Source of the DNA: Oikopleura dioica
Taxonomy: Eukaryota; Animalia; Chordata
Assembly: GCA_907165135.1 (NCBI GenBank)
Contig: OU015569.1
Coordinates: 11,036,001-11,100,000 of the forward strand
Direction of reading: 5' to 3'
Length of the DNA: 64,000 nt
In this document: piece by piece, positions 49,192 through 61,253 of the stretch
Numbering within the stretch: position 1 is the first letter of the stretch
How the letters are laid out: the number at the start of each line of letters is the position of its first letter
The notes under the pieces: model-generated
The model's database searches: none
The model's input: only the letters and a program-made list of their open reading frames with translations
What the model was told of the DNA's origin: nothing
Position numbers and translations under genes: made by a program

Positions 49192-50410
49192 ATCGTCCCT
49201 TCAGGCTATAGTCAATAGATCCTTTTGAGTTTCAGAATATTTTATTGGAGCAACAAAAATTTCAAATAAAATTGGTGGCCCGTAGCAGCGAACATTTCCA
49301 TTTACGATCAGACTCACTATAAATGAAGCTTTTTCTACTCCGGTCCATTCTATTCGAAAAATAAAATGAATTCTACCTAGTACATAACCTCTGTGGTAAA
49401 GAAATTATCGACGGTGAAATTGATGTGAATACAAAGAAGAAAGTATACAGATTGCTAAAATGGAAACAAGAATATGAAGTAATGCTCGGGCCCTGACTTT
49501 TATTCGGAAAGTTCCAAAAGCGTGAGCTTATTCCTTGCTAGTCAAAAGCTGGTATTTGGCGGTTTCTACTTCATGTTTGACCCTGCCATAATATTATTTT
49601 GAAGAAATCTAAATAAATTAAATCAACTTCAATAGCGTTTTTCATTTTTTCACAGGATTTCTACACATATTGCCGAGATGCCCAGATCTGCGGTATGCGA
49701 GTAAGTTCGGAAAAGTTCCATAATGGAAGTGAAACTATGAGAAAGTTTGGACTGGTTATTTGTTTGAAAAGGGCACATTTTTGTTTTTATGTTGTAAAAG
49801 TTCTCCCCTGCCAGGTGGCTTGGTGGAATCAACGCATTGTAAACTTGTCATGAGCTTTGTTGGGCGACAGTATCGCGGGCAAAGTGTGCCCGGGCGAGAT
49901 ACTGTAGCTGATAGTGCTTGGGCACACCTTTACTCGGCGGAAAGAGCTTATCGCGACAGGAGTGCGATATTACAGGCAGTAGAACGGCCGATAGACATCA
50001 GAAACAGTCAATCAAACTGAGTGGCAACGCGCATTTCACTTTCAATAGAGTCAATAAGGAAGGACTCGCAGCAGTTAACGGCTTCTCGCGGGGCCAAAAT
50101 ACAGTCGTTTAGCGACTGTACTGTGAACTGAGAGTTGCATTACTGTAGTGCTTCTTTGTGCGGGGAAACTCGAGTGTCGAGTTTTTGTGATTTGAAACAG
50201 GTAAACTGTTCAAATAATCTAACTAAATCACAGAGCGGTCCCACATCTGTCGCTGACTGAAAAGACCACTTAGGGCTGCACTCGAGTTCCCCTTTCGCTT
50301 TGAAGCCAATCGCCAAATAAGAAAAGAGCGAAATTATCAACAATTCCGAATCCTACTCCAATTCTCAAAAACACACCCGACAAGTTCAATCCCCATTTCG
50401 GGCGCTTCAG

Positions 50411-50555
50411 AAAATGTCACGAAAATCACGATTGTCACGAATCTCAGGAAAGTCACGAATGTCGCAATTTTCGTGAAAATCTCACGAAAATCACGATTGT
50501 CACGAATTTCACGAAAGTCAAGAAAAGTGTAATTTTCCTGAAAATGTCACGAGAC
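50411..50555. repeat. Degenerate minisatellite (about 65-bp unit, about 2.2 copies) built from TCACGA motifs
   Basis: AAAATGTCACGAAAATCACGATTGTCACGAAT... repeated with substitutions. Confidence 0.75.
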
Positions 50556-52819
50556 GAAAGCCGTATCGTGACAATTTCGAGGTTCGTCAAGATCGTTACA
50601 TTTTTGGTATCATGTTTGGTTACGACAGAAAGGCCTAAATTTCCGCTAAGAGCCGTTATTTTGGACTTTGAAAAGAAGAAATACTCTTGAGAATGGATCT
50701 GTTTGGGTCCAGTTTTGAGAAATAAGCTTTATGTCAATTTACGTATTGGATTTCACCTTTTTAATCCGTCGACTGTAACTAAAGATCGCCTGGCTTGGAA
50801 AACGCGCCTAAGCCGCGTGTAAAGATTTGGTCACACCTGCCTTCCCAGGCACATCAACAATTTTTGCGGGTAAATAGCCTCAGGCGAGTGTTCCAGGCAG
50901 CCGAGTGAACGAAATCGTGACAAGGAGGACAGCAATGTGGCACGCCCGGTATCAAGAAGCTTTCTCAGCAGCTGAGTGAGCAAAAAATAAAAAGCGATGA
51001 CTCTTCGTCAGCTGATATTTATTGGATACAGCAATAAGTTTTTACTTTTTCAAGATATATATTAAAAATTGTTATCTTGGTTAAAGAACAATTTATGAAG
51101 ACACAACTTACATCTAAAATGATTCATTTTCTTTGTCTGATAGAAGCAGAAGTTTTAAAGGACATATTACGAATTAGTTAAATTTCAGTTTCAATTATCC
51201 ATTTACTTTCATATTTTTTCTGTAGCCATTGTAACAGCGCAGACGCGGCAGCTACTTCTAAAACCACCTTCTGTTGCATTTTACTAAAACTTTTTAGAAT
51301 TTTCTCTATCTTTGAAAAGTAAAGTTCTTACGTGGTTGTAGCAATTCAGTTTATTTCTTATTGAATACGATCAACAAAAATCATCTTTACGTTGATCGTA
51401 AATGGGGAGTTATCGCTGCTCCGGGCCACCAATTTTATTTGAAAGTTTTATTGCTTCAAATCTACAGAATCGTCTTTAGAAAACGAATGATTTCATCCAG
51501 CAATTTGATTGGTTGAAATTTAAATATTCTTAATTCTATGACGCCATTGTTACACTAGATCTACAGTAGATTTTTGGAAAACTCTTAGTTGGAAAATTGT
51601 CCGGTAAAATTTTGCTGGAATGGCGAATTGCGTCATGGCAGAGGTCGTTCTTCACCGGCGTGGAATCCGGCGCTAAATCCGTCAGAGTCTGTCACCTGAA
51701 GTTGGCTATCGCAGATCCTTGCGGAAATTCTTTCTTTCCTTTCTCAAACTGGCCACTCGAGATATCTACAAATTTCCGAGGCCAAGCATATCCTGTTGAT
51801 TGAGTTCGAGTACACGATAAACAGAGTTTAAACTAGAGCTACAGTCATTTCTCTATCATCGCGCATTCTTTCTTTAAAAACAACATTAAGGGGGTAAGTA
51901 TCTTAAAAGAAATTTTCAAGGGAGCTTTCTTCTGGGGTTAACGAAGTGACACCCTTAATAAAATGAGTCGAGAAAGTGGGGAAAAATAAGGGAGGTGTTT
52001 GTATTATTATTTTGGCAAACGAAGGGGTGCCATGATTGCCCGTCCAAATTTATAATCGTCGGCTTAGATCAAAATCCCATTTGAACAGGTTATTTAGACG
52101 CGCGAGGAGTTGGGACATAAAAAGGTTAACAGCCGCTCGAGTGGCTGCTCTCGGCAACTGTAAGGAGCATGAACGTAAATACGATTGCTAGACATGGAAC
52201 TGAATTCAATAATCGAGAGTCTTCATCCTGGATGAAAACCTTTCCTGAACCTGAGTTCCGATTCGGAATTCAGCCTAAAAGTCCTGAGTCTCTAAATTTA
52301 ACTAAATTCCAAACGATTTCCTTCTTCACAGCTTGTCGTGGAAAGTCTTCATTCCGGGTCCTGAGCCAGATGTACATTCATTCTCATCTGCGTGTGTTTT
52401 CTCTTTCCACCGGCGGAAAGAAGTGCCTTCTCTCCCTAGTCAGCCCGGAATTAGGATCTAAAACGCCTTTGCTGATTTAAGTTCATGCTTGTATTCATTT
52501 GTTTTATTGAAAAATAAGGGTGTCAGCACTTTAACTTTACGAGAATAAGCCGTGGAAACTCTTGTATTCGGCTAGCCAGTATTTAGGACCTAACAAGGTT
52601 CACGTTGATTTCGTTGCGTTTGGCCTTTACGGTGCACTTTTAGCTCTAAAATCGGGTTTGTATCTCACGATTTTTTTCTGCTTGTGCTATTTCCAGCGTG
52701 GCTAATCGAATCAGCCGCTGCTTCTTATAAAAGCCTGGCTTCGGCGGAGAATGGCTAGTACACTTTTATTTTTATTTTTTTGAAAACTTGAGAAAAGACT
52801 TTCAGAAGAAATTAATAAA

Positions 52820-53506
52820 ATGAAGCTTTCCGTTGTCACACTCTTCCTCGCCGCCGAAGCCGGCAGAGCCCAGCGCAAGGAGAACAACAGGCTCGAGAAC
52901 GCGCAACGAGAGGCTGCGAATGCAGTCCTCGCCCAGATCGCCGAGCAGAACAAGCTCGCCAAGCAGCTCGGCAAGGACGAGCCCAAAGACGCCGTCGGTG
53001 GAGTCCAAGTTGGCGGAATCCAAGCTAGATCCGGAGCCATGTTTGGCGATGATGTTTCTGAAGGAACACGAGTTTTACATTTTAGAGAGCTTTAGTGAAA
53101 TGAAAGAAGAAATTTCAAAATTTCAAATTCAAGACATTCTTTTTAACTTTGATATCAACAAGGAAAAAACTCGGGAAAGGCCCACGTGGACCACGAAAGA
53201 CCCCATGGACCCCATGCGGCGAAGGCAGCTCCGTTGACGACTCCCAGCCCGATGTGAAGAAGCAGTCGGACTACAACCGATGCCTCCGATACAGGGACTA
53301 CGGATGGGACGCCGTCCGATGCCTCAACTGGAAACACAGCGGCAAATGGAGCGAAGCCATGGCCGAAGGTACATTCAAGCCTCTTTTTCTCCGTCTTACT
53401 ATTTTTTATAGGATCTGAGTGCGCCGTCGCTTGTAACGATATTTTCAACTCTGACGCTCAAATGTCCCTGGATGACGGATTCTGCAGTGACAAGTTCAGA
53501 AACTAA
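52820..53506 (+). CDS. Small secreted protein with a Cys-containing C-terminal domain
   Basis: Signal-like MKLSVVTLFLAAEA. Later exons read PCGEGSS..YNRCLRYRDYGWDAVRCLNW.. | SECAVACNDIF..GFCSDKFRN*. The first junction (about 53065-53162) needs a one-base homopolymer correction or an acceptor I could not place. Confidence 0.55.
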
Positions 53507-53781
53507 CAAAACCGAACGAAATGACCCTTTGTTTGAAAAGACGTTACGGCTTTCTTGTGCTGACAACTATTCTCGAATAAAACAAATTCACAATTTTTAA
53601 ACTCATCATTACTGAATCATCACTTTTCTTTTTGCAAGAGGCGGTTGAACGCCTTGGGATGAGAGCATGTGCGAGAGATGCAGTATTACAGAAATATTCC
53701 TCTTATGAGAGCGTTGCTTATGGGAAAAAAACATATGATTCTCTTCTTATAAATGCCGACTAACAACAAAAAAAAGTAAAA

Positions 53782-54590
53782 ATGAAATTGTCGATTGCAT
53801 TTTTCTCATACTGTCTTGCACAGCAAGAAAGCTCCGTGGGTTTCAATATTGGAACCGAAAGATTAGGATACAAACTAAAAGATAATCAATTATTTAAAAA
53901 AATAATTACTTTTATTTACATCCAAAAATCAGCTCTTTCGATCAATCATCGCGGCCAGCCAGAATCAATAGATCTGACACTAGAATCTATGAAGAAGATG
54001 TGATGGAAGAAGCTCTAGAAAACTGTTACCGAAACAGCTGGAGCATGACGCGTTGCGCACAAGAAATGCGAACAAAACTTGAACAGCAATTTGGAAGGCT
54101 ATACAGTTGTCTGGCAACAAACAAGCGCTACATTGGTGACATATCTGGCTGGGGGCAGCATCACCAGCGAGTTAAAAATAATAGACTATTTTAAATTTGA
54201 CATATATGTAGTTTAATTCTTAGATATAAAAATTCATATATTTTAACCTGTCTCAGTGGATATTATCCTGGTTATTTATATGGAAACTGCAGTTGGATGT
54301 CGAGTACAAATGTGGATCTAGTGGCCTTCGAAAATAAGGTTGAACTCAAGCGTCAAGCGAAAATATAAACATATTCTTAGTGTGACACCTGCACAAATAT
54401 GTGCTACTATGCGGCAGATGTTCCCAAATGCGTCAAAGACTGCATGCGAGAAAATCAACGATCCTGCAGCAATGGCTACTTAGGCCTCATTATTTCAAGA
54501 GGTGATGTTGGCGGATCTTACTATGGCGGTGACGTTTACGAATCTCGATACGAAGGGATAACATGCGGTGGCTATTGCTACTACGGCTAA
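53782..54590 (+). CDS. Small secreted Cys-rich protein (exon junctions partly unresolved)
   Basis: Signal-like MKLSIAFFSYCLA. Open segments EDVMEEALENCYRNSWSMTRCAQEMRTKLEQQFGRLYSCL and CDTCTNMCYYAADVPKCVKDCM...CGGYCYYG*. Confidence 0.45.
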
Positions 54591-54807
54591 ATAAATAAAG
54601 TTTCTTCGCTTGATTTAAATAGACAATAAATTTTGAATTAATTTATTCTATTTCGATAGTTTCATCCATATGTACAGCAAAAGAACAGGGCAAGGGTCGA
54701 ATTTATATTTATTGATGCTATTGGCCAGTTTCCCAAGTTGCTTCTTTAGGTACGTCTGAGTTTTTTCGGTATTTCTGAGGAGCTGGTATCGGTAGCTGAA
54801 GTCGAAG

Positions 54808-57800
54808 TCAGTTGAATTTGCTGCGAGCTTCCAACGCGCGCCGAGCGTTATCGACAATGTGCGACAGCATATCCACACACGAATCGCAAACGTTCAGTTT
54901 TCGACATCTGAAGAAGCCAAATTTGAAACTACTGAAATTCCGCGAAAGAAAAAGCATACCTCTCTAATCGTTTCGTCGAGTCCCATGCGTTTTCGGGCGT
55001 GTCTACAGGGTACAATGTGTAAGCCGCCGCTTCCAAAATATCATCCGTCGGCGAGGCAACCTTCCGCACGCATTTTTTGCAGACCTTTGACTTGCAAATT
55101 TCGCACGTGTGCGCCCACAGAACCCACGAGAACTTTTGGATTTTACAGTTGAGGCAAATTTGGTCCTGAATTTCATCGTTAGGGAATCGAAATCGTCCTC
55201 TATCGTAAGTACTGTACTGTCTTACCTTTGTAAGTTGCTTGTACAAATTCGTCTGCGAGTGGTATTTTTCAATCTCGGCGCGGGAAAAGACCTGGCAAAT
55301 GTGGCTCAGCTCGCGCACTGTGAGCTTCAGACATTCCATCGGATGGGACCACAGTTCGTGCTGCTCGCCCCGTACTGGAGTAAGCCCAGCCGGGCGGTTG
55401 CGAGTCTTGTGATCGGAGTAACGCTGACCCTATCAATAAAGGCTCCGGATCTCTTTTTTTCTATTAGGCGAGGTTTCGGAATCGCGCGCACTGGAAACAA
55501 CCTCGCCGCTTCCACAGCCGAGTGCTCAACGATTCCAAACTTCGAAGCTAAAAAAGTCTCTCTGTGAAGCCATTCCTTTACAATTCCATTGAGGGTAGCT
55601 GAGCGCTTGAAGGGAGTGAAATTCCACATCTCGTCCTAATAATAAATTCCGTAAAAGAGCACGAGTGAAGAATGATGAGATACAATCTCTTATTTAGGAA
55701 AAATATTATTACGGTGGCATGCTTACTTCGCCGTAAATAATATCACTCAGATTCTTACGCAGCTTACCTGTCCGTTTCGCATCGGGCTGACATTCGTCGA
55801 AATGGAATAACAGCTCGTGGACGATCCCTGCAGCGGTCTCGGTTTGTTCAAGTTCCAGGCATTCCCCGCGCCTCTCATTGAATTCGATCTACTTAGACCG
55901 CTGCTTAACCCGGTACGGGCGATGAAAGAAGCAGGAGACATGAGAATCTCCGGATGAGATTGTCGATATTCTGGTTCTGGCTTCGTCGGATGGGCTTTGC
56001 TCGGCGACTCGCGGGAAGAACTCGATGTTGAAGAGATGATTTGCTGTTCGAATTCGAGCGAGAGCATGTCTTCTTCGTCCGATTCAGATTGAACCAGGTC
56101 GATTTGGCTCAATCTTATGACCTTTTCTTTGCATTTTTTCGGCCAACAGATTCAGATCGGATGATGTCCTTGATGCTGTCAATGGCAGACTCTTCTGGCT
56201 TGGGCCTCAAATCCATTGGGACAGATTTCAACACGGAGCCAGATCGAATTTCTTCCATTAGATTGTCGTGCGTGTTCGTCGATTTGGGCTTCGGCGTCAG
56301 CTGGCGTTTGGAAGCAGGAGCCAGTGGAGGACGAGATCGGATGAAATCGAGAATGACGTCGTGCGTCGTCTTTGCCGTGTTTTCAGTCTCTTGCGCTTCG
56401 ACGTGCTTGAGTTTGTAGGTTTTTTTGCGAATGTCGGACAGGAGCATTTCATACGGCGTGAATTCGAAGCGAGCTGGAGCTGGTGCTTGATTCTCCTGGA
56501 TGTGTTTGAGCGGAACACCGTGTCGAAGATCCAGCATTACCTAGGATCAAATCGTCAATACAGGTAAAGAACATCCTGTCCCGGACTTATTATATTGACA
56601 TCCTTATTTAATAAAGCTAAAGTATAAATTTTATCAAATGCTTTTTTCCCCCAAAAACGAAATTTTTATTTTCTACTTCTTAAAAAAACGACTCCTCGTT
56701 GTTATCAAACTACCTCACCCCATGCAGACGACCAATGCTTTCGGCCCATCGCTTCCAACTCTTGAATCTCGCTCTCACTCGGGTCAGCGTTTAAACTCTT
56801 CAGTGATTCATTGGCGGTGGAAATTTTGGAAAGGAATTCCATCAGCTCGAGCGCTTCGAAATAAAATGCTTTCACGACTTTGGTGTAATGCTCCGAGAAT
56901 CCTTGTCACAGGTGAATTTGAAAAAAAAATGAAGCTTCTAGAATGTTTTCTAGAATTGTTTATTGAAAAAAAATCTTCGCTCTTTTTTAGCTGTTTTTGA
57001 AAAAAAAGTCGCCGTTCCCGAAGAATAAGCGCTAGAATCTCTAGAATTGTTGTCGTTGTCAGGCCTTTTTTGCAAAAGCTCGTCAGTTCCCGAACTTGTC
57101 GGGTCCGGCGCACATCTAAATCAAAGTAAGTTCTTGACATTTTCGAAATCAAGGAAGATTCTTGTTTAAAATTTATCTTTCCTCGTTGACGATTAATCTA
57201 ATTTATCCTTTTAGGCTTCCCGACTTTGGTATCAAAAGTTTTCGTCACCAAATGATGAGAAAAACCTCAATCTCAAGATATTGGGACACTGAGGCGATTC
57301 CTAAAAAAGGAACCGTGACATTCGCCCACCACCTGAATAAAATCAATTTTTACAATAAACTCTTTGCTTTAACTTTGGAAAAGATTTTGAAAGGGCGATT
57401 TTTCTCGCGAAAATGAACCTTTCAAAATCTCCAGTGTCTTTCTTGTCTTTTTCTCGCAGGCTTTTCGCAAATGAAATAGAGCAGTTTCACCCGTTTCCTG
57501 AGCCGGCTCTGATTCTACAGTGCTTGAGTACCGCCTTGATCGTCATCGTTTTTTCCGAGTATCCGTCATCTTCCGGATCCGAGTCAACGGTCCCGGTCAT
57601 GAAGGTAATCAATCTCTCCAGATCCTCGGGCAGGTCTGGCTCGTCGTCTTCGCCGTAGCCGTAGTCGAGGGCGTTGTAAATGAGCCTGCCAAAGGCCTCG
57701 AGAAAGTCCGTCTCACTGGAAGTTCGCTTGAGATCGTGAGAGGACGAAATCGCCCCGTCCGGGTGGACCGACACTTCCGACAAATTGTTGAACATCGGCC

Positions 57801-57921
57801 ACAAGGGATCATCTTGTACTTGACTGAGGTAGACATGAATCAACGCCCAGGCTTGGTCGAATTTCAAAGGAGAGTTGAACGCCTCCAGTATCTCCGCCAG
57901 GCTACGTAACGGGTCCACCAA
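54808..57921 (-). CDS. SPIRE: Spire actin nucleator (KIND, WH2 repeats, Spir-box, modified FYVE)
   Basis: KIND SLAEILEAFNSPL..QAWA, LIYNALDYG, DDGY; WH2 region VMLDLRHGVPLKH, TPYEMLLSDIR, LDFIRSRPPL, LMEEIRSG; Spir-box CLKLTVRELSHI.QVFSRAEIEKY; ICLNC..KFSW..TCEICKSKVCKKC. Confidence 0.93.
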
Positions 57922-58831
57922 ATTTTAATTCAAACATGGAAGTCCATTTTAGTCGCTAATTTTTATTGAATATTGACTCTTTCATAAATCAAAAAGAGCT
58001 AAACTGGACAAAAGAGAGGAAAGAAGAAAATAGAAATAACTGTTGAACAAAGCGATTTCGAAAAAGTTCATTTATGAAATTAGATTTTTACGGCTTTTCT
58101 CTCAAATTTAACAGAGTGACACCCGGAATTTTTCTTTAAGAAATTTTATTTACAGTTCAATTTTTAATTTGGGCTTTTGAAAAACTAAATTAAGGCGAAA
58201 ATCAAATGTTAGATAAATAAAATAAGGGTGTTTCTGTTAAAATTCAACGATAAAATACTCTTTTTATCAGCGCTAGAAAAACTGCTGGACCCGATTCCTG
58301 TGGCCTTTGCTTGCCATGCCATTTATCCTATTTTGATCGTGCTGAATTCGCGTTTTCTTTTCTCCTTCGTTGTTTATTCCGCGTTATTTTTTCTGCGTTA
58401 TTCTTGGTCTCTATCTCTCTCCAGAGTTTTCTTGGCGGCTCTTGAGGGGTTGATGTCGTTGGTGCACAAATACTCTGGCTCCCCTGGGGCTCGTAAATTT
58501 TCGCTTTTGTGAAATCAAGAGTTTTTTCGCGTTTTTAAAAAAGGGGCTTTTGGTAGAGCGGCTCGAGTGATCGCCCAATGGCCGCCCGACCGATTCAATC
58601 GACTCCCGAAGGATGACGTCATCTTACTCCACCACCACTCGCCCGCCGAATCATACATTTAATCCAACACGCCACGCTTCTTAACTCATTATGATTAATT
58701 GCTTTACGACGGGAATCATTTACGATAATGATCGCTATTTATGGGCTAACAGACAACTTGCATCTCGCACGCTCCGATTTGTCAACAACAACTAAAAGCT
58801 ATCTTGAAATTGAAAAAGGCAAGATGAGTCA

Positions 58832-58946
58832 GACGACGATTAAGGCAGCCCATGCAACGTTTTAGCGACGACTAAAGCAGTCCGATGCAACGTTTTAACG
58901 ACGATTAAGGCAGCCGATGCAACGTTTTAACGACGATTAAGGCAGT
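58832..58946. repeat. Minisatellite, about 33-bp unit x about 3.5
   Basis: ACGACGATTAAGGCAGCCGATGCAACGTTTTA repeated with a few substitutions. Confidence 0.85.
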
Positions 58947-59081
58947 CACCTATTTTAATGATGTTTTTACCTAATACACAACACAAATAATGATTAAATT
59001 CATAAAAAATTTTGAACTAGACGAGTTTGAAATAAAATATAAAATTCAAAATATTCCAATGAATTTTGTTGGTAAATAACC

Positions 59082-59253
59082 CTGCGCTCGGCAACCTGTG
59101 TAGAAAACCTGAGTCAGGGTCCTGAAAGTGCTAAAGTAAATAAAGTGCGAAGCCGCTAAATGCGGCTTAGTTTTTAAAAAGCCGCGATGCGGCTTTTACT
59201 TTGAAACTTTTAGTACCCTGACTCAGGTTTTCGACACAGGTTCCCGAGCTCAG
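59082..59253. mobile_element. hAT-like MITE copy
   Basis: CTGCGCTCGGCAACCTGTGTAGAAAACCTGAGTCAGGGT ... ACCCTGACTCAGGTTTTCGACACAGGTTCCCGAGCTCAG, with internal AAGCCGC..GCGGCTT hairpins. Confidence 0.8.
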
Positions 59254-60215
59254 GATAGCTCTTTGTGGAAGAGTCTTCACAAAGAAAGCTATTCAGGATG
59301 CTCAAGTAAAATCGCTTATGCCAGCAGTAGCTTCAAACATTCCATAATCCGCGAACCGCAGATCAAACATATTTTAAGTCTCGGGCACGCGCCTAAAGAG
59401 CCTCTTACGTGCCTTGGAGTGCACTGTGCCCGAGGCATTAAAATGCTTTTGAAAAACGGCGGGGCAAGAGTGTCTCTCGGTATGCCAAGTGTGTGTGTGT
59501 GTGCCCGAATCCTTTTCCCACGATGCAAATGAAAAATGAAAGAATCGAATTTAATTGTTGAGTTCAACTTTTTTATTTTTCGAATTGGAAAATTTTCAAA
59601 AGGAAGATTTTTTTTGAACAGTTTTTGGAATTGTTAGTAAAGAATGAATTTCAAAGAAATGATGAATTGTTAGTTTTGATCAAAGAAAAGTGATTTCAGA
59701 AAAAATGATGAAATGAAATAATAATTTTACGATTTACGAAAAATTGAATAATCGGATGGATCATTTTTTATGTTTTTGGAGGGAGATGAGACGAGATAAT
59801 ATGATGAATTGGAAAGTGAGGAATCAAAAATGAAGTTTTGCGGCGGTGGGTTAATCGAAACTCCGACGATTCGGTCGATCTTTGGAATGGAAGTTGTGAA
59901 TGGATCCCCTTCAGAAAACGGCAGAAATAAGGATCTACCCGACGATAAATGAGTTTGATCGGATAGATCCTCAAAGTCGTCGAAAATGGATGATCGAGGC
60001 TATTTTTTGATATTTACAGAATAAATAGCCGCGAAAAGATAATTCTCAAAAGAAAACAGGCTCTTATTGAAGAGATGATTTTTACAAAATTTGAATTCTA
60101 AGAGAAAAATTATCATTTTCACGATTTCTAGCGTTTTTCGAAGAGGGAAGTTGAAATATGAACAGTGGCGGGAAACGGCGTTTTTTTGCTTTTTTAGTTT
60201 TTTTAGAAAAATAGA

Positions 60216-60402
60216 CTTCGTATAAAAATAGTTTTGTTTTTTTGTTTGAACTTGTTTTCGACTTGTTGCCACTAAAACTGTAGCTCGACTCAATCGTGAG
60301 GAGCTACAGTAGAGTTCGTGGACTTTACTTGTATAAAAATAGGCTCTGGGTATAAAAAGGTTTGAAGTTGTATAAAAATAGAAGATTTCGTATAAAAATA
60401 TA
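60216..60402. repeat. Cluster of five GTATAAAAA(TAG) motifs
   Basis: Copies near 60220, 60332, 60350, 60370 and 60390. Confidence 0.6.
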
Positions 60403-61009
60403 GTTTTTTTTTTCTGGAAGTTCGCGATTCCAACGCTTTGCTTGTTATCTCTTCTAGCGGCGACTCTAGAATCTGGTTAGATTTATGCTTTTTTGTTGGT
60501 TAGGATTAGGGTTTGGATAGAGGTACTCTTCCTTGATTTCAGTCATGTTTTAGGGCTTACCTTGTTAAGTAAATGCTTGTGCTGGCATTACTGTTGACAG
60601 TAAACAGCTACTGAGCACGCTACTGTACCAAGAACGAGCTGTTACAGTAACTGTACTCAGTAGCTATTCGCGTTGGAAGGCGACTTCATTTATCTTTTAG
60701 CAGGTTGGCTGTTCATTTTTTTGCTCCGGGAAGAACAAGCTGGTCCCGTTTTTGGATCTTTTCGCTATCTCATGTTCGAATTTAATGGTGCCTGGCGGAA
60801 GGGAAATTCGCAAATTTATAATTGCTCGTGGGGGGCGCTCGGGCGTCGCCGTCGCCACAACAAAACGCGCCGCGGGCACCAACTCGCACGCCGTCGCCTT
60901 GACACCTCCAAGCAACAACTTCAGTTTTCCACTGATGAGCTTGTTTAGACAACAGTGAAGAGGCAACAGATCAGTACGTTACTGATTCTTCTTTGAGGGG
61001 AGCGGTGGT

Positions 61010-61253
61010 CTGGGCTCGGCAACCTGAGTAGAAAACCTGAGTCAGGGTCTGAAGAGCAAAAATGAAAAGCCGCTTAGCGGCTTTTTTTGAAACGAAGCCG
61101 CAAAGCGGCTTCGCAAGATTATTATTCCATCTTATATTTAAATTCTGGCGAAGCCGCTTTGCGGCTTCGTTTCTAAAAAAGCCGCTACGCGGCTTTTCAT
61201 CTTTGCTCTTTCAGACCCTGACTCAGGTTTTCTACTCAGGTTGCCGAGTCCAG
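61010..61253. mobile_element. Intact hAT-like MITE (244 bp) with a perfect 8-bp target-site duplication
   Basis: TIRs of about 40 bp starting CTGGGCTCGGCAACCTGAGTAGAAAACCTGAGTCAGGGTCTG. GCGGTGGT at both 61002-61009 and 61254-61261. The interior is almost fully palindromic. Confidence 0.9.

Larger units (their letters stand above)
43232..51441. repeat. Dispersed repeat of about 50 bp, five copies
   Basis: Consensus GATCGTAAATGGAAAATTATCGCTGCTACGGGCCACCAATTTTATTT near 43232 (+), 44685 (+), 48460 (+), 49266-49311 (-) and 51392 (+). Confidence 0.75.

Noticed and set aside
50831-50838. T-box half site TCACACCT upstream of TBX2/3 (possible autoregulation)
   Set aside because: A single 8-mer is expected about twice by chance in 64 kb on both strands; no cluster or pairing.
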